Shown here in pieces: positions 9,491 through 18,534 of a stretch of DNA of 64,000 nucleotides (the stretch's first letter is position 1; the number at the start of each line of letters is the position of its first letter). This DNA is from an uncultured Acidimicrobiaceae bacterium. GTDB lineage: Bacteria; Actinomycetota; Acidimicrobiia; Acidimicrobiales; RAAP-2. The notes under the pieces were generated by a model. The model made no database searches. It was not told the DNA's origin and saw only the letters and a program-made list of their open reading frames with translations. Location: NCBI GenBank assembly GCA_963828455.1, contig CAWHFH010000027.1:1896-65895 (forward strand). The letters run 5' to 3'. A program made the position numbers and the translations under genes.

Positions 9491-9940
9491 ATGGCCGCGT
9501 ACGGCTCGCCCGCCTTCTACGAAGGGCGGGAGGTGCGGGACCACATCGAGGTGCTCGAGGTCGTGCGGCACGAGGACACCGGGTCGCGGCTCCTCATGGA
9601 GGTGCGCTTCGCCTTCCGGGGCCCGATCTCGCCGGCGGTCCAGCGCTTCATCGACCACAACAAGATGACGTGGATCACCCGCAACGAGATCCGGCCCGAC
9701 GAGGCCCGGGCCGACTGGCAGGTCCTGCCCGACCACTACCCGGACCGGCTGAAGTCCTCGGGCGTCTACACGTTCGACGCCGGACCCGACGGAGCCGAGG
9801 AGAGCTCGGTCGTAGGGATCGAGGGCGACCTCAAGGTGCACGTGCCCCTGCTCGGCAAGTCGGTCGAGCGGGTGATCGTCTCCGGGCTACGGAAGTACTT
9901 CGAGGCCGAGGTCCTGACGATCCCCGACGTCAGGTCTTGA
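9491..9940 (+). CDS. DUF2505-like (SRPBCC-fold) protein; the N-terminus is possibly frameshifted
   Basis: The C-terminal part VHVPLLGKSVERVIVSGLRKYFEAEV resembles DUF2505 proteins. A plausible first strand, VKFATTQ (GTG 9447), sits one frame away. Confidence 0.5.
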   Translation: MAAYGSPAFYEGREVRDHIEVLEVVRHEDTGSRLLMEVRFAFRGPISPAVQRFIDHNKMTWITRNEIRPDEARADWQVLPDHYPDRLKSSGVYTFDAGPDGAEESSVVGIEGDLKVHVPLLGKSVERVIVSGLRKYFEAEVLTIPDVRS

Positions 9941-11324
9941 GCAGCTGCGCCATCCCGTCTTCGATCCCGTGCGCCAGCACGTCGATGTCCGGCGTCGTGT
10001 CGTAGTCGCCCGTGATCCCGAAGTTGACCTCGCCGTCGTACGAGAAGATCGCGATACCCAACCGGACCTGCCCGGCCAACGGCACGTAGGGGAAGGCGCG
10101 CAGCATCCGGCGCCCCGCCGCGTACAGCGGGAATTGCGGGCCGGGCACGTTCGTCGTCACCGTGTTCACGTTGCGCTGCCCCGCCCGGGTTGCAATGCGC
10201 ATGCCCAGAGCGAGCAGCATCGGGGGCGCGAAGCCCGTCATCGACGTCAGCGCCTCGCCGGCCAGTGCCTGCTTCGACTCCTTCAGGTCCTTCATCTGGT
10301 CCGTGATGGCGGCCAGGCGCAACACCGGGTCCTCGATCTCGATCGGCAGTTCGGCGAACATCGCTGACACCTTGTTCTCGTACGTGCCGTCGCCGACGGC
10401 TCGGCCCGATTCGTCACGGGCCCGGACGGAAACCGGCACCAGCGTGCGGACCACCCGTTCGACGTCTTCGTCCCGCGCCAACAGCAGATCCCGGAAACCG
10501 TTCGTGATACAAGCCAGGACCACGTCGTTGAAGGTGCCGCCGTGCTCCTTGCGCACCGTGCGGATGTCCGAGACCGTCGTCGTCGCCCAGGCGTAGCGGC
10601 GGTGCGGGCCCAGCGGACCGTTCAGGCTCGACAGCGGCGTCGGCCGTACGAGGCCGCTCAAAGCGAACACGCCGTTCGCCACCTCACCGGCGTAGGCAAC
10701 CGCCTGCCGGAGCCAGCGTGTCTGCGCCCGGGCCGCCCGGAGCTGCTCGTAGGGCGAGCGCACCATGTTCTCGAGCGCCTCGATGACGAGCTCGGTACCC
10801 GACGGCTCGGCATGCGGCGTCCACTGCGACGGCTGCTCCGGCCGCGCCGCGTCGGGCGAGAGGTCCATGATCACCGCGAGCAGGTCGGTCCCCGAGACGC
10901 CGTCGACGAGCGCGTGGTGCGTCTTGGCCAACACGGCCCAGCGCCCGTCCTCGAGGCCTTCGACGACCCAGATCTCCCAGAGCGGCTTGGAGCGGTCGAG
11001 CGGCTGCGCCATCACGCGTCCGACGAGCTTGCGCAGCTCGTTCTCGCCTCCGGGCGACGGCAAAGCCGTGTGCCGCAGGTGGTACTCGATGTTGAAGTGG
11101 ACGTCGTCCACCCACACCGGCCGCCCGAGCTCGAAGGGGACGAAGCGCACCTTCTGGCGATACCGCGGCACCAGGTCGAGCTTGGCGTCGACCATCGAGA
11201 CGACGTCGGCGAACGGCGGCGGCGGGCCCTCGAAGATCGCGACGGACGCGATGTGCATGTGCGACACGCCGTCCTCGATGTGCAGGAACGAAGCGTCCAG
11301 CGGGCTCAGGCGGTCAGGACCCAT
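9930..11324 (-). CDS. Wax ester synthase / diacylglycerol acyltransferase (WS/DGAT)
   Basis: 464 aa. N-terminus LSPLDASFLHIE. Catalytic HHALVDGVSG (HHxxxDG). Confidence 0.9.
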   Translation of the reverse strand: MGPDRLSPLDASFLHIEDGVSHMHIASVAIFEGPPPPFADVVSMVDAKLDLVPRYRQKVRFVPFELGRPVWVDDVHFNIEYHLRHTALPSPGGENELRKLVGRVMAQPLDRSKPLWEIWVVEGLEDGRWAVLAKTHHALVDGVSGTDLLAVIMDLSPDAARPEQPSQWTPHAEPSGTELVIEALENMVRSPYEQLRAARAQTRWLRQAVAYAGEVANGVFALSGLVRPTPLSSLNGPLGPHRRYAWATTTVSDIRTVRKEHGGTFNDVVLACITNGFRDLLLARDEDVERVVRTLVPVSVRARDESGRAVGDGTYENKVSAMFAELPIEIEDPVLRLAAITDQMKDLKESKQALAGEALTSMTGFAPPMLLALGMRIATRAGQRNVNTVTTNVPGPQFPLYAAGRRMLRAFPYVPLAGQVRLGIAIFSYDGEVNFGITGDYDTTPDIDVLAHGIEDGMAQLLKT

Positions 11325-11441
11325 GGAGGCCCTCCCTTCGCAGTTACGAGGTACGACGTCGTTCGGAAAGCTACTACCGGCCCGGTGGGGGGGCGCCAGG
11401 AATTCCGATCCCGGAGGCCCGGATCGAAACCGGTCGGGTCG

Positions 11442-12461
11442 TCAGCCCGCAGCCGGGGTCGCAGCGACCGGCGGCTCGCCCAACGTCGCGAGGAACGTTG
11501 ACGACTGCACCCGCCGGCGGGTCTCCTCGTACGCGGCCTCGATGACCCGGGGCGATCGGTCCTCGGCCATCGCCCGCAACCCCATGACCCGTCGGGCGTC
11601 GGCCTCGGGCTCGAGGGTGATGACGGGAATGCCGGCCATCTGGATGCGGGCCACCTCCCGTTCCATGCGCCGGTGGACGGTGCGGCGCAGCCAGCCGTCG
11701 GCGCCGTTGGCGCTGCCGTGCGCCGCCGACATCGACGAGATGATGACGACCAGGTCGAGGCCCTCGGACCGCAAGACGTCGGCGTTGGTCACCGAGTGCA
11801 CGCCGCCGTCGACGTAGTCGGTGCCGCCGATGGAGACGGGCCGGAAGTAGCCGGGGATCGCGCACGAGGCGAGGACGGCGGAGGCCAGGCGGGCGGGCGG
11901 GGCGCCGGGGCGGCCGAAGACGACGCGGCCGCCGTCGGAGCGCCGAACGGCGCAGATGCGCAGGCCATCGGGCCAGCGGTCGCCGGTGAGGTCGTCGAGG
12001 CCCTGCGCGCGGTCGGTGATGTCGAGTCGCCCCGGGGGTATGAGCGTGGAGAGGGCGACGTCGGCGCGGAAAGCGAGGGGGCGGCGGAGGGTGCGGGCGA
12101 GGAGTGCAGGCGAGGGGAGGTTCCACGGACGCAACATCGAGAAGACGGTCGGCGTGGGGAGCGGCCCGGTGTCGGCGGGGAGGATCCGGCGGAGGATGGC
12201 GCCACCCCTCCGGGAAGTAGGGACGCCATAGAGCGAGGCGGCCAGATCCGTGGCGGGAACACCGACACGGAGCGCGGCTCCCGTGACGGAGCCCGCGGAG
12301 GTGCCGACGATGACTGCGGCGTTGCGGGGGTCCCAGCCGATCTCCCGCTCGAGGGCGGCGAGCACGCCGGCCTGGTAGGCCTGCCCGACGACGCCGCCCG
12401 CGCCGAGGACGAGCCCGACGGACGGCGACTGCTTGACCCCTCCACGGATCACCTTCATCAC
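11442..12461 (-). CDS. Patatin-like phospholipase
   Basis: GLVLGAGGVVGQAY (GxGxxG) and GTSAG (GxSxG nucleophile elbow). A DGG motif lies near the C-terminal part. Confidence 0.85.
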   Translation of the reverse strand: MMKVIRGGVKQSPSVGLVLGAGGVVGQAYQAGVLAALEREIGWDPRNAAVIVGTSAGSVTGAALRVGVPATDLAASLYGVPTSRRGGAILRRILPADTGPLPTPTVFSMLRPWNLPSPALLARTLRRPLAFRADVALSTLIPPGRLDITDRAQGLDDLTGDRWPDGLRICAVRRSDGGRVVFGRPGAPPARLASAVLASCAIPGYFRPVSIGGTDYVDGGVHSVTNADVLRSEGLDLVVIISSMSAAHGSANGADGWLRRTVHRRMEREVARIQMAGIPVITLEPEADARRVMGLRAMAEDRSPRVIEAAYEETRRRVQSSTFLATLGEPPVAATPAAG

Positions 12462-12633
12462 CCCCTTCTTACCCGTTCCGCGCGTTCAGCTCGATTTCAC
12501 CAGATGGTGAACGACGAGCGGTGTATTCGCCAAACGCCTGAACAGGGTTCAATCAAATCGCGTCATTTTCCGTCAAGCAACCCCGATGTGCGCTCGGACG
12601 TCGGGGACGGGGGTGGGAACGTCGCTGCCTAGG

Positions 12634-13770
12634 GTGGACCGGATCGTGAGCGAGCTCGTCCGGGTGGTGGCCGTCGTCGGCGGCGGCGTCCTCATCGTGG
12701 GGATGCTGAGCGACGCCGTTGCGACGCTGATCGTGACGCAGGGATCGAGCTCGTTCTGGCGGCCGACCCGGATCTTCTACGCGATGACGTGGCGGGTGAC
12801 CAGGGCGGTGGCGGCGCGGCTGCCGGAGAGGGCCGGGGAGTACTCGCTCAACGTCTATCCAGCGCTGTCGCTGCTGGGACTGCTCGTGTTGTGGCTGGCG
12901 GGGCTCATGGTGGGCTGGTCGCTCGTCTACTGGGGCCTCGACCAGCGGCTGGGCGGGACCCAGGACTTCGGGACGCTCGTCTACTACGCGGGGACGTCGC
13001 TCGTGACGCCGTTGTTCGGCTCGGCGCACGGCAACGCGGTGCGCACGCTGACGTTGCTCGAGACGTTGACAGGCGTCGTGACGATCGCGTTGATGATTTC
13101 GTATCTGCCGGCGTTGTACGGCGCGTACTCGCGCCGCGAGTCCCGCTTGTTGACGCTGGACGACCCGACGGGCGGGCGCATCACGCCGATGCGGGTGGTC
13201 GTGCTCAACGCGCCGGGCGGCGACGTCGAAAGGTTGTACCGGGCGTTCGGCGAGTGGGAGATGTGGACGGCCGACCTGTTGGAGAGCCACGTGTCCTACC
13301 CGATGCTGGCGTTGTTCCGCTCGCAGCACGTGGGGCAGTCGTGGGTCACGGCGCTCGGGTTGGTGACGGACGCGGCGACGCTGGCGTCGGCGTGCGTGGA
13401 GGGCGCGCAGAGCCGGGAGCCCTACTTCCTGTACCGGCGGGGGCGGCGTGCGATCCTCGAGATCTCGGCCCGTCTGCACATCACGCGGGGCGACGGCGGC
13501 GTGTCGTGGCTGAACGAGGCCAATTTCGACTTGGCGTGGAACGGCCTGGTCGAGGCGGGGCTGCCGTTGCGGGACAAGGCCGCGGCGTGGGCGGACCTGC
13601 AGGTGCGGGGCAGCTACGGCGACCAGCTCGAGCGCCTGATCGACTTCCTGGTGGCGCCGCGGGGGTTCTGGGGCCACTCCGCCGAGGAGACGGTGGCCGA
13701 GGAGGTGGCGGCGGCGGCCAGCGAGGCCCGGCGGCGCGCCTACGGCACGGATTTTCGGGCGCGCCGTTAG
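12634..13770 (+). CDS. Membrane protein with a K+-channel-like pore module (degenerate filter)
   Basis: The order is TM segments, then a pore-helix-like LVYYAGTSLVTPLFGS, then an inner helix LTGVVTIALMISYLPALY, then a soluble C-terminal domain. The start is uncertain (12586, 12613 or 12634). Confidence 0.45.
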   Translation: MDRIVSELVRVVAVVGGGVLIVGMLSDAVATLIVTQGSSSFWRPTRIFYAMTWRVTRAVAARLPERAGEYSLNVYPALSLLGLLVLWLAGLMVGWSLVYWGLDQRLGGTQDFGTLVYYAGTSLVTPLFGSAHGNAVRTLTLLETLTGVVTIALMISYLPALYGAYSRRESRLLTLDDPTGGRITPMRVVVLNAPGGDVERLYRAFGEWEMWTADLLESHVSYPMLALFRSQHVGQSWVTALGLVTDAATLASACVEGAQSREPYFLYRRGRRAILEISARLHITRGDGGVSWLNEANFDLAWNGLVEAGLPLRDKAAAWADLQVRGSYGDQLERLIDFLVAPRGFWGHSAEETVAEEVAAAASEARRRAYGTDFRARR

Positions 13771-13784
13771 CCTGCCTGGCGGAC

Positions 13785-14471
13785 ATGGGCTGGACGACGC
13801 GGGTCGACTTGCACCGGATCGCGGCGCACGTGCTGGGGCGCCGGCGGTACGCGGTGAGCGGGCACTTCGGCCTGCGGGCGAGCCCGGGGGGTATCTCGAC
13901 GCCGGCGTTCGGGCCCGAGCCCGAGACCCTGCGGTTGACGCCGCTGTGCCTCGTGCGCGAGGTGGGCTCCGAGTCCCGGGGACTGGCGCTGGCCGGGGCG
14001 ACGCTCGCGGCCTTGGCGGCGTTCGCGGGCGCGGACCTGGACGCCGAGTTCTCCGCGGGTGGCGACATGCCGGCGCTCGCGTCGGTCGACGAGCCGCTGG
14101 AGCTCGACGCCAAGGAGCTCGGGGACCTGTTCTGGTGGTTCGACCTCGGCTGGCGCGTGCTGGACGAGGTCATGGCGGAGCAGAGCGGTTCGTGTGTGGC
14201 GGCGACGATCCAGTTGTGGCCCGAGCACTTCGACGTGGGGACGTCGTTGGACCTCGGGGGCGACGACGGCGTGAATCTCGGCTTCTCGCCCGGCGACGGC
14301 TTCTCCGACGAGCCCTACGTCTATCTCGGTCCCTGGAGCGCGGCGCGACCGGGTCCTTCGTCCTATTGGAACGCGCCGTTCGGGGCGGTCCTGCCCCGCT
14401 CGCAGGTGGGCGACGCGGACGACTGCGGGACGTTCATCCGTACCGGGTTGGACAGGCTCGGGTCGGCATGA
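13785..14471 (+). CDS. Hypothetical protein (conserved-looking, no family assigned)
   Basis: ATG 13785 lies inside composite ORF 12789..14471. High third-position GC. The stop overlaps the next start (ATGA). Confidence 0.5.
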   Translation: MGWTTRVDLHRIAAHVLGRRRYAVSGHFGLRASPGGISTPAFGPEPETLRLTPLCLVREVGSESRGLALAGATLAALAAFAGADLDAEFSAGGDMPALASVDEPLELDAKELGDLFWWFDLGWRVLDEVMAEQSGSCVAATIQLWPEHFDVGTSLDLGGDDGVNLGFSPGDGFSDEPYVYLGPWSAARPGPSSYWNAPFGAVLPRSQVGDADDCGTFIRTGLDRLGSA

Positions 14472-15631
14472 CGCCCGTACCGCTCCCGACCGCCGAGACG
14501 GTGAACCTCGAGCGCCCCAACGGGGCGGAGAGCCAGATCATCGTCGACGGGATCGCCTCGGCGGTGGCCTCGACGGGCGGGTTGCTGCCGGTGCAGCGTT
14601 CGCTGATCACTGCCCTTGCCAGCGGCATGACCGGGTACACGGCGACGCTGGACGACCGGTCGGTCCTGCGGCCCGACGAGTTCGCCGCGGCGTTGGCGCG
14701 CCGTGAGTTGTCGTTCCGCAGCCGCGTCGTGCAGAACATGGTGCTGTGCGCGCTCGTGCTGCACCCGATCCCCGAGGACGTGGCCGAGAAGGTGGCGTCG
14801 TACGCGCGGGAGCTGGGTGTCGAGGACGGGATGGTCCGGGTGGCCGGCGAGTTCGCCCACGGGTCGCTCGGCTTGGCGGCGGTCGACTTCGTCCGCAACG
14901 GTTACGAGGGCACCTGGAACGAAGAGGCGGCGTCGGCCGCCGTGCACTCGTCGCGGGTCCTGCACGACGCGTGGGAATTCTCCGTCAACGATCCCGACCT
15001 GGCGGCGCACTGGGCGGCGCTCGAGGAGCTCCCTTCCGACTCGATCGGACGCGGCGTATGGGAGATGTACCAGTCCCGCGGGTTCACGTTCCCGGGCGCG
15101 CCGGGGTCGGCACCGCCGTTGTTGGCCCAGCACGACTGGGTCCACGTGCTGGGCGGCTACGGCACGACGGTCGAGTCCGAGGTGGAGGTGTTCGGGCTGA
15201 TTGCGCGGGCGAACGACGACATGCACGCCTTCTCGCTGCTGGCGATGGTGATCTCGTTGTTCGAGACCGGCTACCTGGCGCGGGGAGCCGGCCTCTTCGA
15301 GTCCTCGCCGGGACATTTCTCCTCCGACGAACGGATGGCCGTGCGGTTGTCGGACGCAATGGTGCGCGGCGCGCGCTGCCACGACGACGTGACCGGCGCG
15401 GACAGCATCGACTTCCTGCAGATGGACTGGTTCGCGGTGGCGCACCAGTCGTGCGAGGAGTTGCGGGCGCGCTTTCATCTGGTGCCCAAGTCGCAGGCTG
15501 CGCTGGCGGCGGGCTCGGTCGGGCCGTGGGAGCGCGGCGGCATCAGCCCGTTCCAGATGAACGCAGGCCACATGCTCGCCGTGGCGCAGGACCGCCCGTA
15601 CGACGCGCATGGCGCGTCGCTGGCGGACTGA
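14468..15631 (+). CDS. Coq4-like protein (HDxxH-x11-E metal-binding motif)
   Basis: QHDWVHVLGGYGTTVESEVEVFG matches the COQ4-family HDxxH(x)11E signature. 387 aa from ATG 14468. Confidence 0.5.
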   Translation: MTPVPLPTAETVNLERPNGAESQIIVDGIASAVASTGGLLPVQRSLITALASGMTGYTATLDDRSVLRPDEFAAALARRELSFRSRVVQNMVLCALVLHPIPEDVAEKVASYARELGVEDGMVRVAGEFAHGSLGLAAVDFVRNGYEGTWNEEAASAAVHSSRVLHDAWEFSVNDPDLAAHWAALEELPSDSIGRGVWEMYQSRGFTFPGAPGSAPPLLAQHDWVHVLGGYGTTVESEVEVFGLIARANDDMHAFSLLAMVISLFETGYLARGAGLFESSPGHFSSDERMAVRLSDAMVRGARCHDDVTGADSIDFLQMDWFAVAHQSCEELRARFHLVPKSQAALAAGSVGPWERGGISPFQMNAGHMLAVAQDRPYDAHGASLAD

Positions 15632-15633
15632 CC

Positions 15634-16294
15634 TCAGGACTCGAGGAACCGCAGCACGGCGAGGACCCGTCGGTGGTCCTGGTCGGAGACCGGGAGGTCG
15701 AGCTTGGTGAAGATGTTGGCGACGTGCTTCTCGACGGCGCCCTCGCTGACCACCAGTGCCTGGGCGATGGCGCCGTTCGAGCGCCCCTCGGCCATGAGCG
15801 CGAGCACTTCGCGTTTCGCGGGGTGTCAACGCGGAAAGGGTGTCCGAGCGGCGGGTGGCGCCGATGAGCTGGGTGACCACTTCGGGGTCCAAGGCCGTAC
15901 CTCCTATGGCGACCCGCTCGAGCGCTTCGACGAAGTCGCTCACGTCGGCCACGCGGTCCTTCAGCAGGTAGCCGATGCCGGCGGCGTCGTCGGCCAGCAG
16001 GTCCGCCGCGTAGCGGGTCTCGATGTACTGGGAGAACAGGAGGATGCCCAGGCCTTCGTGCTTGGCCCGGAGCTCCAGGGCGAGGCGCAGCCCCTCGTCG
16101 GTGAAGGTCGGGGGCATCCGGATGTCGATCACCGCCACGTCGGGCGGGTTCTGCGCGACGGAGCTGCGGAGCGCGCCGGGCTCGGCCACGGCGCCGGTGA
16201 TGGCGAAGCCGCGATCGACGAGGAGCTGGACGAGCCCGTCCCGGAGGATGGCCGAGTCCTCGGCGATGGCCACCCGCAGCGCGCCCGCCATCAT
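15634..16294 (-). CDS. NarL/LuxR-family response regulator, frameshifted between the REC and HTH domains
   Basis: The REC domain (RVAIAEDSAILRDGL..DVAVIDIRMPP..) reads into LSALTPRE. The HTH domain REVLALMAEGRSNGAIAQALVVSEGAVEKHVANIFTKLDL..RFLES* is one frame off. The plus-strand TTT run at 15814-15816 has one extra base. The span is 661 nt = 3n+1. Confidence 0.85.
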
Positions 16295-17697
16295 CACGGG
16301 GACAGGGGGAGATCGACCGTGACGACGGTGGGGCCGCCGGTCGGGCTCACGAGATCGAGCCGGCCGTCGACCGTGCGCACGCGCTCGGTCAGACCCGAAA
16401 GGCCGCTCGACGTCGAGCCGACCGCTGAGAGGTGCGCGCCGCCCCGGCCGTCGTCGCGGACGACCAAGCGCAGCCAGGTGCCCTGCTGGGCGCACGACAC
16501 GGTGGCGCGGGAGGCCTGCGCGTGCTGCGCGACGTTGGCGAGCAGCTCGGCGACGCAGTAGTACGCGATGGCCTCGATGGCGGGGGTAGGACGGGCGCGC
16601 ACGTCGAAGTTCAGCTCGGTGGGGATCGCACTGCGCGAGGCGAGGGTGGACAACGCGCCTTCGAGACCGATATCGAGCGCGGGCGGGTGGATGCCGCGGG
16701 CGATGTCGCGCAGTTCGGTGATGGCTTCCTTGGCGCCACGGTGCGCCTCGTCGACGAGCTCGCGGACGCGATCGAGGTCGACGTGCTCGGTGTCATCGAG
16801 CTTCTCCTTCGCCATGCCGAGCCGCATGGCCAGGGCGACCAGCTGGGCCTGGGTGCCGTCGTGCAGGTCCCGCTCGATCCGCCGCAGGGTGGCGGCCGAC
16901 GCGTCGACCGTCGTGGTGCGGGCCTGCTCCAGGGAGCGCACCCGGGCAGCGACCGGGTCGGGGCCGAGCAGCGTGCGCATGAGGAGCTTGTCGACGGTGA
17001 CGAACCCGCGCATGACCCACGGGGCGGCGAACAGGAAGATGGCGCCGAGGAGGAACACGCCGACGTTGTGACGGAAGCTGGCCGGTCCCGAGGGCCATCC
17101 GTTCGACAGAAAGATGCCCTGGGCGAGGCCCCACATGCCGGGGCCACCGTTGCCGTGCCAGAAGATCGGGCTCAAGAGGCCGAAGACGGCGTCCCACCAC
17201 AGGCTGAAAGCGACGTAGAGGCCCAACAGCGTCCACGGCACCTTCAGGGCGAGGTAGGCGGCGGAGCGCCAGCCGACGCGGTCGCGCAGGGCCGACTGCA
17301 GCCAGCCGAAGAAACCGGGACGCCGCACGAACGGGTTGGGTTCCTCGATCGTCTCCCCCAAGAAGTTGTAGGCCAGGGCGCGCTGCCAGCGGCCGGTCCC
17401 GCGGGCGATGCGTAGGGAGAACGCGATGATGATCAGACCGACGAACGTGATGATCAGCCACACGCCGGCGATCAACGTGGCGGCTACGACGCCGAAGCTC
17501 ACGGCGGCCAGTGCACCGCTCACAAGCCAGAACGCCAGCTCCGTCCAGGGGCGCCTGGTGAAGGGCTCGCGCAGGACGCGCTGTCCGAGGTCCTTCAGCT
17601 TTTCGGTCTGCTCGTCGGTGAGCCCCACCGACACCCCTTTGTGTTCGGGGTGCTCTGATGGCGCCGGCGCTTCGCCGTCCTCGGTGACCAAGGTCAT
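16294..17697 (-). CDS. Sensor histidine kinase (HisKA_3 type, membrane sensor domain)
   Basis: Multiple TM segments, an H-box RIERDLHDGTQAQL, and a C-terminal HATPase region. The stop overlaps the regulator start (ATGA). Confidence 0.85.
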   Translation of the reverse strand: MTLVTEDGEAPAPSEHPEHKGVSVGLTDEQTEKLKDLGQRVLREPFTRRPWTELAFWLVSGALAAVSFGVVAATLIAGVWLIITFVGLIIIAFSLRIARGTGRWQRALAYNFLGETIEEPNPFVRRPGFFGWLQSALRDRVGWRSAAYLALKVPWTLLGLYVAFSLWWDAVFGLLSPIFWHGNGGPGMWGLAQGIFLSNGWPSGPASFRHNVGVFLLGAIFLFAAPWVMRGFVTVDKLLMRTLLGPDPVAARVRSLEQARTTTVDASAATLRRIERDLHDGTQAQLVALAMRLGMAKEKLDDTEHVDLDRVRELVDEAHRGAKEAITELRDIARGIHPPALDIGLEGALSTLASRSAIPTELNFDVRARPTPAIEAIAYYCVAELLANVAQHAQASRATVSCAQQGTWLRLVVRDDGRGGAHLSAVGSTSSGLSGLTERVRTVDGRLDLVSPTGGPTVVTVDLPLSP

Positions 17698-18506
17698 GCG
17701 TCCCGCTTGATAAGCGCCACCGCTCCCACGGCGAGCGCAGCGACGGTGTACAGCACCATCAGCACGAACCCGATTGTTGCCGATAGCTGGTTCCCCTGTG
17801 GCACGACGGCGGCGACGGACTGGGCGAAGATGATCGCCGGCGTGTACTTGTCGGGGTGCCCGGCGATGGTCTGGAGGAGGATCGGGGCCAGCAGGGTCAA
17901 GCCGGCGAACGTGGCGATTGCACCGGCCGTGTGGCGGATGATCAGCCCGAGCCCGAGCCCGAGGAGCGAGAAGAGGCTCAGGAATGCGCCCGTGAGGACG
18001 ACGGCCCGCAGCACGCCGGGTTGCCCGAGGTGCGCCGTGGGGGCGACCCCGGTCGAGAGTATGGCTTGGCCGAAGAAGAAGGCGCCGAAGCTCATGATCT
18101 CGCCGACGACGAGGGTGACAAGGCCGACGACCGTGGCTTTGGCGGCGAACAGCGTCTCGCGCCGGGGGACGGCAGCGAGGGACGAGCGCATGGTGCCCGA
18201 CCCGTACTCACCCGAGATGGCCAGAACCCCGAGGACGCCCAGCGCGAGCGAGCCGATGGCGAGCCCGGCCATGGCTTGGTTCGTCGGGTCCCAGCCGAAA
18301 CCTTGGTACCACTGGCGCGGGTGATGCGCGGCGCCGTTCGTCGAGAGGAAGGTCACGAGCAGCGTGCCCAGCACGGTGATGCCGAGCAGCAACTTCGTCG
18401 AGCGCAAGGAGGCGAGCTTGCTCACCTCGGCGGCAACGGCCTGGCGGAAGCCCACCCGTCCTCCTCGGGCGGACTTGGTGGCCGGCAACGACAGGGCGAT
18501 GGTCAT
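17694..18506 (-). CDS. ABC-2 type transporter permease
   Basis: Start ATG 18506 (MTIALSLPATKS..), about 6 TM segments, ATGA overlap with the kinase start. Confidence 0.75.
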   Translation of the reverse strand: MTIALSLPATKSARGGRVGFRQAVAAEVSKLASLRSTKLLLGITVLGTLLVTFLSTNGAAHHPRQWYQGFGWDPTNQAMAGLAIGSLALGVLGVLAISGEYGSGTMRSSLAAVPRRETLFAAKATVVGLVTLVVGEIMSFGAFFFGQAILSTGVAPTAHLGQPGVLRAVVLTGAFLSLFSLLGLGLGLIIRHTAGAIATFAGLTLLAPILLQTIAGHPDKYTPAIIFAQSVAAVVPQGNQLSATIGFVLMVLYTVAALAVGAVALIKRDA

Positions 18507-18534
18507 AACGAGTCCTTTCGGGGTCGGGGGTCGA

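Noticed and set aside
12553-13677. 374-aa minus-strand ORF, together with the 12789..14471 and 13946..15631 long plus-strand ORFs
   Set aside because: The minus-strand ORF is antisense to the channel-like gene. The upstream halves of the long plus-strand ORFs are off-frame overlaps. The real genes start at 13785 and 14468.
14363-16495. 710-aa minus-strand ORF
   Set aside because: It is a composite. Only residues encoded by about 15820-16294 (REC domain) are real. The rest is antisense or off-frame to the Coq4-like gene and to the kinase.
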